The notes beneath the pieces are model-generated. The model was given only the letters and a program-made list of their open reading frames with translations, was not told where the DNA came from and ran no database searches. A stretch of DNA of 64,000 nt from positions 2,656,001 to 2,720,000 of the forward strand of contig CAXXJJ010000004.1 in NCBI GenBank assembly GCA_963667015.2. Reading direction: 5' to 3'. Position 1 is the first letter of the stretch, and the number at the start of each line of letters is the position of its first letter. Below, piece by piece: positions 37,198 to 47,129 of the stretch. Source of the DNA: Desulfatiglandales bacterium (GTDB lineage Bacteria; Desulfobacterota; DSM-4660; Desulfatiglandales; HGW-15). The position numbers and the translations under genes were made by a program.

Positions 37198-37907
37198 TTT
37201 GTATCCACAAACATATAACCTGAGCCCCAGATGGTTTTTATCCTTCTGGGTGCCCCCGGATTTTTCTCAAGCTTTGACCTCAGCTTGCTGATATGCACAT
37301 CTATGCTTCTGTCAAATGCCATAAAATCTCTTCCCCTTGCATAATTCATAATCTGGTCCCGGCTAAGTATAGCATTAGGATTTGACATGAGTACCTCGAG
37401 TATCTTGTATTCAGTCGATGACAGCTCAATCTCTTCATCTTCGTTGACTACCGTCTGTTTGGCCCTGTTAAGGACAATACCTCCCGCCTCAATTAAATTT
37501 TCCGGATCAACACCTGACTCAATCTCCCTATCCTGAAAAGTTCTTCTCATAACGGCTTTCAGGCGTGCAAGGAGTTCTCTCGGGTTAAAGGGCTTTGGAA
37601 GATAGTCATCAGCTCCGAGCTCAAGCCCAACAATGCGGTCTGCATCTTCACCCTTGGCAGTAAGCATAATCACCGGGACACTGTTTCTCTGCCTTATTTC
37701 CCTGAGGACTTCCAGGCCATCCTTGCCGGGAAGCATAATATCCAGTATTACTATGTCCGGTGATTCGGAAACAATAACATCGAGTGCATTATTACCGTCA
37801 GAGAGTGTAAGTACCTGAAATCCGTTTCCCTCAAGATATTCCTTTAAAAGCATCCTTATCTTTGAGTCATCCTCTATAATTAAAACCCTGCCAGCCATTG
37901 ATGTCAC
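37194..37907 (-). CDS. OmpR-family response regulator (CpxR-like)
   Basis: LDIMLPG, LELGADDYLPKPFNPREL, FDRSIDVHIS. Confidence 0.93.
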   Translation of the reverse strand: MTSMAGRVLIIEDDSKIRMLLKEYLEGNGFQVLTLSDGNNALDVIVSESPDIVILDIMLPGKDGLEVLREIRQRNSVPVIMLTAKGEDADRIVGLELGADDYLPKPFNPRELLARLKAVMRRTFQDREIESGVDPENLIEAGGIVLNRAKQTVVNEDEEIELSSTEYKILEVLMSNPNAILSRDQIMNYARGRDFMAFDRSIDVHISKLRSKLEKNPGAPRRIKTIWGSGYMFVDTK

Positions 37908-37912
37908 CTCTT

Positions 37913-37948
37913 TTTACCTACTTTTACATTTTTTTTACATTTTTTTAC
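37913..37948 (-). promoter_or_regulatory. Two tandem CpxR-type boxes
   Basis: TTTAC at 37913, 37923, 37934 and 37944, i.e. GTAAA-N5-GTAAA twice on the minus strand. Confidence 0.7.
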
Positions 37949-38528
37949 AAAGCTAAAAAAACATATAAAATCAGCTATGCTATAGATTCAATACAGGCTC
38001 AAAAAGCTTAATACTTGCTTTTTGCATATAACATTTTTTAAATGGAATCTGAAACACTAGTTTTATTCGATTTGCCGATGATGGCTTTATCTTTAAAAAA
38101 ACAACAATATAAACAAAAAAATAATCTAATTGATATAAAATGTTTAATTTGATAATGTTTTTTCAAAATAAAGTCGATTTGATCATTTGGAGGCTAGAGA
38201 AAACAATTAAGGCAAAATGTCATTTTAACGTTAAAAACCATTCAGCCGTGTTTTAAAAAGTCCTTTTCTGAGTAAATACTCACCAGTTTACAATTATTAA
38301 GATAATTTGAGATTTAACTCCCTAAATTATGATCAGGACTACAACAGGCAGGGGTTTTAAAGACAGATAATTAATGAAAATACATAAAGTAACTGTTCAA
38401 ATACATTTCCGGGTTCAGGACAGTCTTTAATTAACCGATAGTCAATTATAATACTCCCGGATGATACAGTGCATAATTTAAGCATTTAATCCCCGGAATT
38501 TCCAGAAGATGGAGCAGAGGTAAAGTAT

Positions 38529-39851
38529 ATGTATAATAAAAATGATTCAAAACCTAAAAACAGAATTTTATTTAGAGTCGGAATGGTCTCAACCATTATT
38601 TTTGCGGGAATATTTATTCTGGTAATCTTTTTAATGTTGAGAAGATCACCTCCGCAGATGCCATTACCTGAAGCAACCCTGCAGGTTGAAGTAATCGATG
38701 CAAAATCGGAAAATTACCCCGTATCCATAACAGGATATGGAGAAGTCAGGGTGCTTAACGAGGTATCGATTACTCCTGAGGTATCAGGAAAGATAGTAAG
38801 AATTCACCCGAGACTGGAAGAAGGAGAAGTTATTTCCAGGGATGAAATTATCTTTCAAATAGATACAAGAGATTATGAAGCCGCCTATGTTGAAGCCAAA
38901 GCTACTGTTACGCAGATGAAAAGTTCTCTTGAACGAATGAAAAGACAGTTTGAAATCGACAAAGACAGGCTTAAGACCATCCAGAGGACCTGTGAATTAT
39001 CCATACAGCAGTACGAGAGAGTAAAACAGCTGTTTGAGGAAGACAAGGTCGGAACCCAGTCTGGGGTCGATCAGGCAGAACAGACATGCAACAACTCGAA
39101 AGATCAGCGCGAACAGATGGAAAAGACGGTCGAACTCTACCCTTTACAGATAGAGGAAGCTGAAAGCAGCCTATTATCAGCACAGTCAAGAATGGATACA
39201 GCGAGATTACGCCTTGAACGATGTACTGTTAGAGCCCCCTTTGATGGACGCATAAAAAGTGAATCTATAGAAAAGGGGCAATATGTAACTCCGGGAATGA
39301 GCGTTGTAACCCTTGCTGATGATTCGATTCTTGAAATCCAGGTCCCGCTTGACAGTCGTGATGCTAATAAATGGCTTCCCTTTGATGATGAACATACCAG
39401 TACTTCAAATGCATGGGTAAAAGGTCTCAAGAATGTTAAATGCAAGGTACAATGGACCGAGTCAACGTCAGATAAATACTGGGAAGGTGAACTGGACAGG
39501 GTTGTTAAATTTGACGAGCAGACCAGGACAGTTACTGTTGCGGTCCGAATTTCCGGTACAGAGGCGCTTTCTATTAATCATGGAAGCCTGCCCCTTGTAG
39601 AGGGAATGTTCTGTTCCGTTGAAATCCCCGGTAAAAAACTTGAAAACGTTTACAAAGTACCAAGATGGGCAGTCAGCTTTGAAAATACAGTCTACCTTGC
39701 AGTTGATGGAAAGCTTAAAACAGTCCCGGTTGAAATCGTAAGATCCCAGGGTGAGGATGCATATATTTCAGAAGGAATAAATCCGGGTGACAGGGTGATC
39801 ATAACACGTTTGATCAACCCTATGGAAAATACAAAGCTGATAATTATTTAG
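38529..39851 (+). CDS. RND efflux periplasmic adaptor (MFP)
   Basis: N-terminal TM, PEVSGKI, coiled hairpin, VRAPFDG. Confidence 0.92.
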   Translation: MYNKNDSKPKNRILFRVGMVSTIIFAGIFILVIFLMLRRSPPQMPLPEATLQVEVIDAKSENYPVSITGYGEVRVLNEVSITPEVSGKIVRIHPRLEEGEVISRDEIIFQIDTRDYEAAYVEAKATVTQMKSSLERMKRQFEIDKDRLKTIQRTCELSIQQYERVKQLFEEDKVGTQSGVDQAEQTCNNSKDQREQMEKTVELYPLQIEEAESSLLSAQSRMDTARLRLERCTVRAPFDGRIKSESIEKGQYVTPGMSVVTLADDSILEIQVPLDSRDANKWLPFDDEHTSTSNAWVKGLKNVKCKVQWTESTSDKYWEGELDRVVKFDEQTRTVTVAVRISGTEALSINHGSLPLVEGMFCSVEIPGKKLENVYKVPRWAVSFENTVYLAVDGKLKTVPVEIVRSQGEDAYISEGINPGDRVIITRLINPMENTKLIII

Positions 39852-39869
39852 ACGAGAGATTAGAAGATT

Positions 39870-42800
39870 ATGAAATCATTACTGGCAGCTCTGGCTGCAA
39901 ACCGAGTATTTGCAAATCTGATGCTGGTCCTGATCCTGTTTACCGGCATATTTTCTGCATTCTCCATGATAATAGAATCAATGCCTGAAATGAGCCTGGA
40001 TGCCATCAATATATCTGTCTTTTACCCCGGGGCTGACCCTGAAGAGGTTGAAGAGGCCATAAGCAGGAAGATAGAAGAAACAATAAAGGGGATGGAAGGT
40101 ATAGATAAATTTACCACCAACTCCTCAGAGGGTTCTGCATCTGTTTCCATTGAAGTAAAAACCGGATATGACGTTGATGAGCTCCTTGAAAAGGTAAAAA
40201 CCAAGGTCCAGTCAATAATGACGTTTCCGGTGGACGCGGAAAGACCTATTGTCAATAAATTTGAAATGCAAAGATCAGTTATGACCCTCTTTGTCCAGGC
40301 AGATATGTCTGAGCGAAGGCTAAAGGCATGGTCTGAACAGATTAAGGATGAAATACAGAACCTTCCTGAAGTATCCACTGTTTCACTCTTTGGAACCCGT
40401 GAATATGAAATCAATATAGGCGTATCTGAAGAACGGCTGAGGGAATACGGTATAACAATAAACCAGGTTGCAACAGCTATAAGCATGAACAACATGAACA
40501 TGTCAGGCGGGACCATTCGAACCGAGGGTGAAGAGATTCGAATAAGAACCCTGGGCCGAAAATACACCGGCGCAGAACTCTCCAAAATAGTAGTTCTTGC
40601 CAAATCAGGAGGAGAAATAATTACCCTTGACCGTATTGCGGATATAAATGACGGATTCAATGAAGACCCCATAAACAACAAGGTCGATGGGAAAAGGGCG
40701 GTTCTTATAAGGATCTCCAACTCCCTTGAGGAAGATGCCCTTGCAACTGCAAATGCCGTAGCAAGGTATGTTGAAAGAAAACAGAAGTCCCTGCCGGAAG
40801 GAGCAAGGATCAAGGTCCTCGAGGATTCAACCGATGAAGTCCGCTCCAGGCTCGATCTCGTAGTAGAAAACGGAATAATTGGTCTTGTTATTGTCTTTTT
40901 ACTTTTATGGGCATTCATGAATATCAAGATTGCCTTCTGGTGCGGAATGGGTATTCCTATTGCACTGGCAGGCGGAATGACGGCTCTTCCCGGCTTTGAC
41001 GGAACAATCAACATGATGACCACCTTTGCATTTATTCTTATTCTTGGGATAGTTGTAGATGATGCGATAGTTGTTGGCGAAGCCATATATGTACAGCGCA
41101 AAAACGGGAAATCGCCTCTCAGGGCCGCCATTGACGGCACCTATGAAGTCGGAATGCCTGTAGTAGCGGCTGTTCTGACAACTGTTATTGCATTCATTCC
41201 CCTTGCGTTTGTCGGCGGTATTATAGGTAAAATAATTTTCTTTCTTCCTGTAGTTGTTACCGGCTGTCTTTTGATGTCACTGGTTGAATGTCTGGCTCTT
41301 TTACCTGCCCACCTCAACGACCTGTCAGACCCCAATAAAACCGAAGAGAACAGGCAGTACAGGACAAATATAGGGGCCATAATAGGCAAGCTGAATAGAA
41401 TTCAGGAATATACCGCAAGAGGCATGGAAAAATTTGTTGATAAAATATATATGCCTTTCCTTAAAAGGGCACTGGAATGGCGTTATATTTCATTTGCCAC
41501 TGCCATTTCCATACTCTTTATTACCTTCGGACTCATAGCGGGCGGCGTTATTAAATACACCATGTTCCCGAATATTGACGGAGACAGCCTCACCGCAACA
41601 GTAAAATTTCCCAATGGAACTCCTCAGGAGGTAACACAGAAGGCAGTTGACAGGCTTGAAGATGCCTTAAACAAGGTAGGGGCCCGGACAGAAACCAAAT
41701 CAGGAGCCCCCCTTATCAGACACACAATTACTCTTGTAGGACAAAGTCTCGGAGGCAGGGGCGGAGGAGGAGGAAACGGCCCTAACATCGGCTCTGTTCA
41801 GGCACTATTGCTTCCCTCTGAAGACAGGGGGATACATTCAAACGATCTCTCTGTACAGTGGGAAAAGGAAACAGGGCTTATCCCTGGTGTCGAATCCCTT
41901 ACATTCGGAGGCGGAGGTTTCGGCCCCGGAGGCGCCCCAATAGAAGTATGGATACAGGGTTATGAAATGGACATGATACTTCAGGCCTCTGATGAATTGA
42001 TGGAACGTTTGAGACAGTTTGCTGGTGTCTACCAGGTAAAAACAGACTTTACACCCGGTAAAAATGAATTGAGATTAAAACTCAAACCCGAGGCTCAGAC
42101 CTTCGGCCTGACTGTTAATGACCTTGGAAGACAGATTTTTTCGGCATACTACGGAAATGAAGCCCTCAGGATACAGAGGGGGAGAGATGATATAAGGGTA
42201 AAAATACGCTACACCGAGGAAGAAAGGACCAGGCTGTCTGATTTTGAACGTCTTATGATCAGAACATCCCAGGGAAATGAAGTTCCTCTCCTGTCAGTTG
42301 CAGATATCAGTTTTGGTCCGGGGTTTGCTACAATTACACGAACAGACGGAATGAGAAGGGTGGAGGTAAACGCCCAGGTTGATTCCAAGCAGAGCAATGC
42401 ACGGGAGATAATGCATGAGCTTTCTATGAACTATTTCCCGATGCTCAAGGCAAAATACCCGGGATTAACCATATCTGTAGAAGGTCACCAGGCCAGCGAT
42501 GCCGAGTCCTTTGGTGCATTAATGATAACTTATCCAATGGCGCTGTTCGGTATTTTCATCGTCATGGCTGTCATGTTTCGTTCATACATTCAGCCTTTGG
42601 TTATATTTTTCACCATTCCCTTTGGAATAATCGGCGCTATTGCAGGGCATCTGTTACTGGGTGTTGATCTGGCAATAATGAGCGCCTTTGGTATAGTTGC
42701 ACTGACAGGCGTTGTTGTAAACGGTGCAATAGTTCTGATTGACAGGATCAATAAAAACCTGGCCGAGGGTATGCCCCTGTTTGAAGCGGTAGAATCCGGA

Positions 42801-43136
42801 AGTGCAAGACGTTTCCGGGCTATTTTCCTGACTACTGTAAGTACAGTAGGTGCCCTGCTGCCCCTGATCATGGAAACGAGCCTTCAGGCACAGATGCTTA
42901 TACCAATGGCTGTATCGATAGCCGCGGGTGTACTCTTTTCATCAGCCCTTACACTGGTACTGATTCCCAGCCTGTTAATAATCATGAATGATTTAAGGCG
43001 CCTTGTTTCTTACATGTGGCATGGTACCTGGCCGACAAGGGAAGAGGTGGAACCTGCTTCAAGTAGAGATGATGCAGGACTGGAAAAAGACACCCAGCCC
43101 GTTTCTGCGACGGAATTACATGAACTGAAGTCATAG
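39870..43136 (+). CDS. RND efflux permease (AcrB/D/F family)
   Basis: 1088 aa, GIVVDDAIVVGE, RFRAIFLTT. Confidence 0.95.
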   Translation: MKSLLAALAANRVFANLMLVLILFTGIFSAFSMIIESMPEMSLDAINISVFYPGADPEEVEEAISRKIEETIKGMEGIDKFTTNSSEGSASVSIEVKTGYDVDELLEKVKTKVQSIMTFPVDAERPIVNKFEMQRSVMTLFVQADMSERRLKAWSEQIKDEIQNLPEVSTVSLFGTREYEINIGVSEERLREYGITINQVATAISMNNMNMSGGTIRTEGEEIRIRTLGRKYTGAELSKIVVLAKSGGEIITLDRIADINDGFNEDPINNKVDGKRAVLIRISNSLEEDALATANAVARYVERKQKSLPEGARIKVLEDSTDEVRSRLDLVVENGIIGLVIVFLLLWAFMNIKIAFWCGMGIPIALAGGMTALPGFDGTINMMTTFAFILILGIVVDDAIVVGEAIYVQRKNGKSPLRAAIDGTYEVGMPVVAAVLTTVIAFIPLAFVGGIIGKIIFFLPVVVTGCLLMSLVECLALLPAHLNDLSDPNKTEENRQYRTNIGAIIGKLNRIQEYTARGMEKFVDKIYMPFLKRALEWRYISFATAISILFITFGLIAGGVIKYTMFPNIDGDSLTATVKFPNGTPQEVTQKAVDRLEDALNKVGARTETKSGAPLIRHTITLVGQSLGGRGGGGGNGPNIGSVQALLLPSEDRGIHSNDLSVQWEKETGLIPGVESLTFGGGGFGPGGAPIEVWIQGYEMDMILQASDELMERLRQFAGVYQVKTDFTPGKNELRLKLKPEAQTFGLTVNDLGRQIFSAYYGNEALRIQRGRDDIRVKIRYTEEERTRLSDFERLMIRTSQGNEVPLLSVADISFGPGFATITRTDGMRRVEVNAQVDSKQSNAREIMHELSMNYFPMLKAKYPGLTISVEGHQASDAESFGALMITYPMALFGIFIVMAVMFRSYIQPLVIFFTIPFGIIGAIAGHLLLGVDLAIMSAFGIVALTGVVVNGAIVLIDRINKNLAEGMPLFEAVESGSARRFRAIFLTTVSTVGALLPLIMETSLQAQMLIPMAVSIAAGVLFSSALTLVLIPSLLIIMNDLRRLVSYMWHGTWPTREEVEPASSRDDAGLEKDTQPVSATELHELKS

Positions 43137-43249
43137 TTATATCGAGCCCGGTATTGTTAGCCGGACGGAAATTTGTATACGAAACCCTGCATTGGAATAT
43201 GTATGGTTAATAGTAAATAAAATCGATCCTGATCATAGAAGGAGATTTA

Positions 43250-44641
43250 TTGATGCTCAAAGTAAGCAGGATTTTATGTATAGTAATACTTTTTTTTATA
43301 TGTTTTATGCAAAACACAGCTTCAGCCGGCGGGAAAAAATTTAATCTTACCGATTCAGCCTTACTCGAGGGCCTGGAAGTACTTGATCTTAAAACCGCTC
43401 AAGAGATCGCCATAAAAGGAAACCCATCCCTTGATGCAGCAAGAGAAAGAGTAATTCAGGCCAAAAGACAGCTTATGCAGGCGTGGGGCGCATATTTACC
43501 ATCAATAACTGCAACCGGCGGCAAGCGTCGTTCAATTATGTCTGACAATGACTATGAAGCAGCACTTCTGCTCGACCCCTATGCGACTGATACTACAGAT
43601 TCATACAGCGCCGGTATTTCCGCATCATGGACGCTGTTTAACGGCTTTCAAAGGGAATATAACCACATGAGTGCTCGCTATGGTAAAAAGAGCAGCATAG
43701 AATCAAAAAACAATGTGTTAAGACTCCTGCTCTATCAGGTCGCAGCAAGTTATTTTAATGCCCAGCTTGCAAAAGAGAATATTAACATTGCACTGGCCAA
43801 TGAAAAATTCAACCAGAGACAGCTTGCTGAAACAGAGGCAAGGTACAGGGTAGGTACAGGCTCTTTAAGCGATGTCCTCAATTTCAGAATCCGTATAAAC
43901 TCGGCAAAATCCCAGCTTATATCAGCCAGACAGAGCTATGAGGTGGCACAGTATGGGCTGGCCAGCCTTATGGGTATACCTGACGCGAAACTGCCGTCAC
44001 ACATTGAACTTAGCAAGCTTGAGGATGAAACAGGCGATGAACTGGTTATTCCGGATTCTTCCACTTCAGTGAATTATGCCATAAACCACCGCCCTGATCT
44101 CATACAGCGAAACCACCTTTACAAACAGGCAAAGGCAGGTGTAGGTTCTGCAAGATCAGGTTACTACCCGAGCGTAAGTATTACAGGTTCACTAGAAGAT
44201 TCATACAGGCTCGACCGGGAATTTGAAAAAGAGGATTTGGATAAGTCCCTGATGCTGAATATTTCATTTAATCTGTTTAACGGCTGGCAGACTACTGCAA
44301 GAGTGGGAGAGGCAAGATCAAGGGTAAGGGAATCTCAAAGGAATATCGAAGATACCCAACTCACTGTGATAACGGATGTTGAATCGGCTGTTATAAAATT
44401 GAAGGCAGCACAGGATCAACTTAAACTCCAGAGAGAAAACACAAAACTTGTCCGGGAGACAAGAGACCTGGTAGAAAAGGAATATACTGCCGGACAGGGG
44501 TCCCTTGTAAGGCTCAATGAGGCACAGCGTGACCTGGTCACGGCAGAAAGTAACCTTGTTCTTTCACTGGTCTCCATGCGCCAGGCATGGGAAGGACTAA
44601 AATCAAGTACCGGAGAAATTTTAGCCGAGCACGTGGAATAA
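43250..44641 (+). CDS. TolC-family outer-membrane efflux protein
   Basis: Two OEP repeats (NPSL...YLPSI; RPDL...YYPSV). Confidence 0.92.
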   Translation: MMLKVSRILCIVILFFICFMQNTASAGGKKFNLTDSALLEGLEVLDLKTAQEIAIKGNPSLDAARERVIQAKRQLMQAWGAYLPSITATGGKRRSIMSDNDYEAALLLDPYATDTTDSYSAGISASWTLFNGFQREYNHMSARYGKKSSIESKNNVLRLLLYQVAASYFNAQLAKENINIALANEKFNQRQLAETEARYRVGTGSLSDVLNFRIRINSAKSQLISARQSYEVAQYGLASLMGIPDAKLPSHIELSKLEDETGDELVIPDSSTSVNYAINHRPDLIQRNHLYKQAKAGVGSARSGYYPSVSITGSLEDSYRLDREFEKEDLDKSLMLNISFNLFNGWQTTARVGEARSRVRESQRNIEDTQLTVITDVESAVIKLKAAQDQLKLQRENTKLVRETRDLVEKEYTAGQGSLVRLNEAQRDLVTAESNLVLSLVSMRQAWEGLKSSTGEILAEHVE

Positions 44642-44647
44642 AAACAA

Positions 44648-44682
44648 AATCAGCGGAAATGCAATTTGTATTTCCGCTGATT
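44648..44682. terminator. Hairpin after the RND operon
   Basis: AATCAGCGGAAAT...ATTTCCGCTGATT perfect 13-bp stem. Confidence 0.75.
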
Positions 44683-44818
44683 ACTAAAAAATATTTTTCC
44701 TCATTTTGCCTTTAATAATTGCTTTTTCTTAAAGATGGTTCCATACCGGCCAACAGCATTTTCCATAAAAATCAACACATACTACCTTCATACCTGGCAT
44801 GTAATTTCAGTTAAATTT

Positions 44819-44992
44819 TGCACATGAAAAAGTGCAGCATGCCCATTATTATGTGCAAAATTCTTTGGAATGATAATCCCCTTTAACACGAATTCTATTA
44901 GCGGTGCAATCCTATAAATCCATGAAACCCTTGTCTGTCAACACTCTTAAAAATTAAGCCTGTCAATAAATGCAGATGGCATGAATATTGTA
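44819..44992 (+). promoter_or_regulatory. Putative sigma54 promoter with two upstream 18-bp enhancer-like palindromes
   Basis: TGCACATGAAAAAGTGCA (44819-44836), TGCCCATTATTATGTGCA (44840-44857), TGGCATGAATATTGTA (44977-44992). Confidence 0.6.
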
Positions 44993-45031
44993 TTTTAGCG
45001 ATGCGGTTAAAGTTACTGAGGGAGATAGATA

Positions 45032-45376
45032 ATGAATACGCGCGCTGTTCCGGTTGAGAATTTAGATAGATTGCACATACTCCTTGTAGACAATAATCCC
45101 GTTTCACTTGAGAAAAAGGCCTTTCTGCTTGAACGTTTTGGATGTCTTGTTACATGCTCCACTAATGGTATTGAAGCTAATATCCTTTTAGAAACATATT
45201 CTGAAACATTTGATGTTGTAATAGCCGATAATTCAGTGACAGGCATGAGCAAAATTAAATCTGAAAGATCACCGGCAGATGCTCCTGTTGTCCTGTATAT
45301 TGATAAAGATATTCTTGAAGACGTTTTCATTGATGATATTTTTTTAACAAATATGTCATCCTGGGAACTTAATTAG
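45032..45376 (+). CDS. Degenerate single-domain receiver protein
   Basis: ILLVDN...FDVVIAD...PVVLY; conserved Thr/Ser and Lys-Pro not seen. Confidence 0.65.
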   Translation: MNTRAVPVENLDRLHILLVDNNPVSLEKKAFLLERFGCLVTCSTNGIEANILLETYSETFDVVIADNSVTGMSKIKSERSPADAPVVLYIDKDILEDVFIDDIFLTNMSSWELN

Positions 45377-45577
45377 ACTCGATAAAAAGAAGGGCTACGC
45401 AAGCAGGTGATCCTTTCAGGAAAAAACACCTTCTTTATCATCAGGAATATTACTTGATTAGATTTTGGCCATTTTAAAACCTTTGTCTTTTCACTATCAC
45501 AACATTTGAACTTTTTTTACATCTATTAATCACCTGATACATCATGGCCAGTGTAATTATATCGGGAACTGTATAAC

Positions 45578-46015
45578 ATGGAGAAAAATCCCATGGAGAA
45601 AAATATAAGTCAGACTGCAGATACAGACAGAATTCGCGTATTAGTTGTTGACGATGACCCCGGAATGCTTGAAATAACCGTTCTTTTACTGAATCACCAG
45701 GGTTATCTTGCTACACCTGCCACTGGCAGCAAAGAAGCCATCACCAGGATAAAAGAAACCCCTGACGGTTTTGATGCCGTACTTACCGATTATGGCATGC
45801 CGGTTATAAATGGAATTGAACTGGCAGGAATGATTAAAGAACTCCCGGTAGATATACCTGTCATCCTGTATACCGGCAAAATTGACTACATAGACGAAAC
45901 ACGGCTTGCCCGGATAGGAATAACTGATATTGCCCAGAAGCCATGTAAAATTGATAAACTGGATTCAGTTATAAAAAAAGCTGTAAATAAAAAAAGAGCA
46001 CAACCCGACTTTTAA
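45578..46015 (+). CDS. Single-domain response regulator (CheY-like)
   Basis: VLVVDDD, LTDYGMP, LYTG, QKP intact. Confidence 0.9.
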   Translation: MEKNPMEKNISQTADTDRIRVLVVDDDPGMLEITVLLLNHQGYLATPATGSKEAITRIKETPDGFDAVLTDYGMPVINGIELAGMIKELPVDIPVILYTGKIDYIDETRLARIGITDIAQKPCKIDKLDSVIKKAVNKKRAQPDF

Positions 46016-46262
46016 CAGGCACCACCTAAAAAGATCAATAAAGACAGTTTAAAATTATAAAATGAAATATTCCTTAAATATTAAACAGTTCTCTAATCTA
46101 TTTGATTATTAGAAATCTCTTTACTCTACTTTTTGTTGACAATTTTTCCGAATTCAATACATTCCCTTAAATACCTGCTTACACACATATCATAATTTAC
46201 TAATAACATATGATTTTAAAACTGAGATTATTTATCTACCTATTAACTAAAGAGTAATTGTA

Positions 46263-47117
46263 ATGAACTCAAATAATATAAATACCAGAGAGAAATCCAA
46301 TCGGATAATCCTTTTTGCGGATCTAAGAGATTCGACAAACATACAGTTGAACTTTGAAAATGGTATATATTTTTCGAAAAAAAAGGATTCGGACAATGAA
46401 TTCACCTATGAAAGTTTTATTCGCGATGTCCATGAAACAACCTACATGGAATTCTATTTATACCATGAATACACCTTTGCTGAAATCTATGGAGACGGTA
46501 TTATGGCCGTATTTCCGGAAGACAACGGCAAGTACATTCTTGAAAATATCTACAGGCTTACCGGCAGAATGAGACGTTACAATGATTCACTAAAGGAAGA
46601 ACCAATTCGCCCTGGAATAGATATAGGTTGCGGTATTACGACAGGAAAGATTTCGTTTGCACATTATCATTTTGATGAAAGAGACCACGCACTGGGGCCA
46701 GCCATACACGAAGCAGCCAGAATAGAGAGTGTATCAAAACGTTATGATGCCAGAGTTTTGATATCTCAGCATTTTTTAAGCTATATCCAGGACTATATTA
46801 ATACGGATTCCAGGTTTTCGTATCGTTTTATAGATCGTCTTGTATTATACGGCTTCCACAAGCCTGTTATTTTATATGAACTATTAATGGATAACGACCC
46901 AAGGTTTGAGATAAAGAAAAAATCGGTTGACGCCTATAACAGAGCCTATAACATGTATTGCAACCGTGACTGGATAGGAGCCAGGGATATTTTTTATGAT
47001 ATATTCATGAAATATGGCCTTGGCACAAGCTCTGTTATGGCAAACAGATGTGACAGGCTTATCAAAAATGAGCCTGAAGGCTACTGGGAAGGGATCTGGG
47101 ATTCATCAAAAAAATAG
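46263..47117 (+). CDS. Class III nucleotide cyclase with TPR-like tail, no sensor domain
   Basis: LFADLRDST, EIYGDGIMAVF, GCGITTG, GPAIHEAARIE; tail RC...EP..WEGIW. Confidence 0.85.
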   Translation: MNSNNINTREKSNRIILFADLRDSTNIQLNFENGIYFSKKKDSDNEFTYESFIRDVHETTYMEFYLYHEYTFAEIYGDGIMAVFPEDNGKYILENIYRLTGRMRRYNDSLKEEPIRPGIDIGCGITTGKISFAHYHFDERDHALGPAIHEAARIESVSKRYDARVLISQHFLSYIQDYINTDSRFSYRFIDRLVLYGFHKPVILYELLMDNDPRFEIKKKSVDAYNRAYNMYCNRDWIGARDIFYDIFMKYGLGTSSVMANRCDRLIKNEPEGYWEGIWDSSKK

Positions 47118-47129
47118 AGGTCAGCCGGT

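Noticed and set aside
40022..41140. 372-aa antisense ORF
   Set aside because: Lies entirely opposite the RND permease, is Ser/Ile-rich and has no motifs; a shadow ORF. The same applies to the other nested or antisense ORFs in the track.
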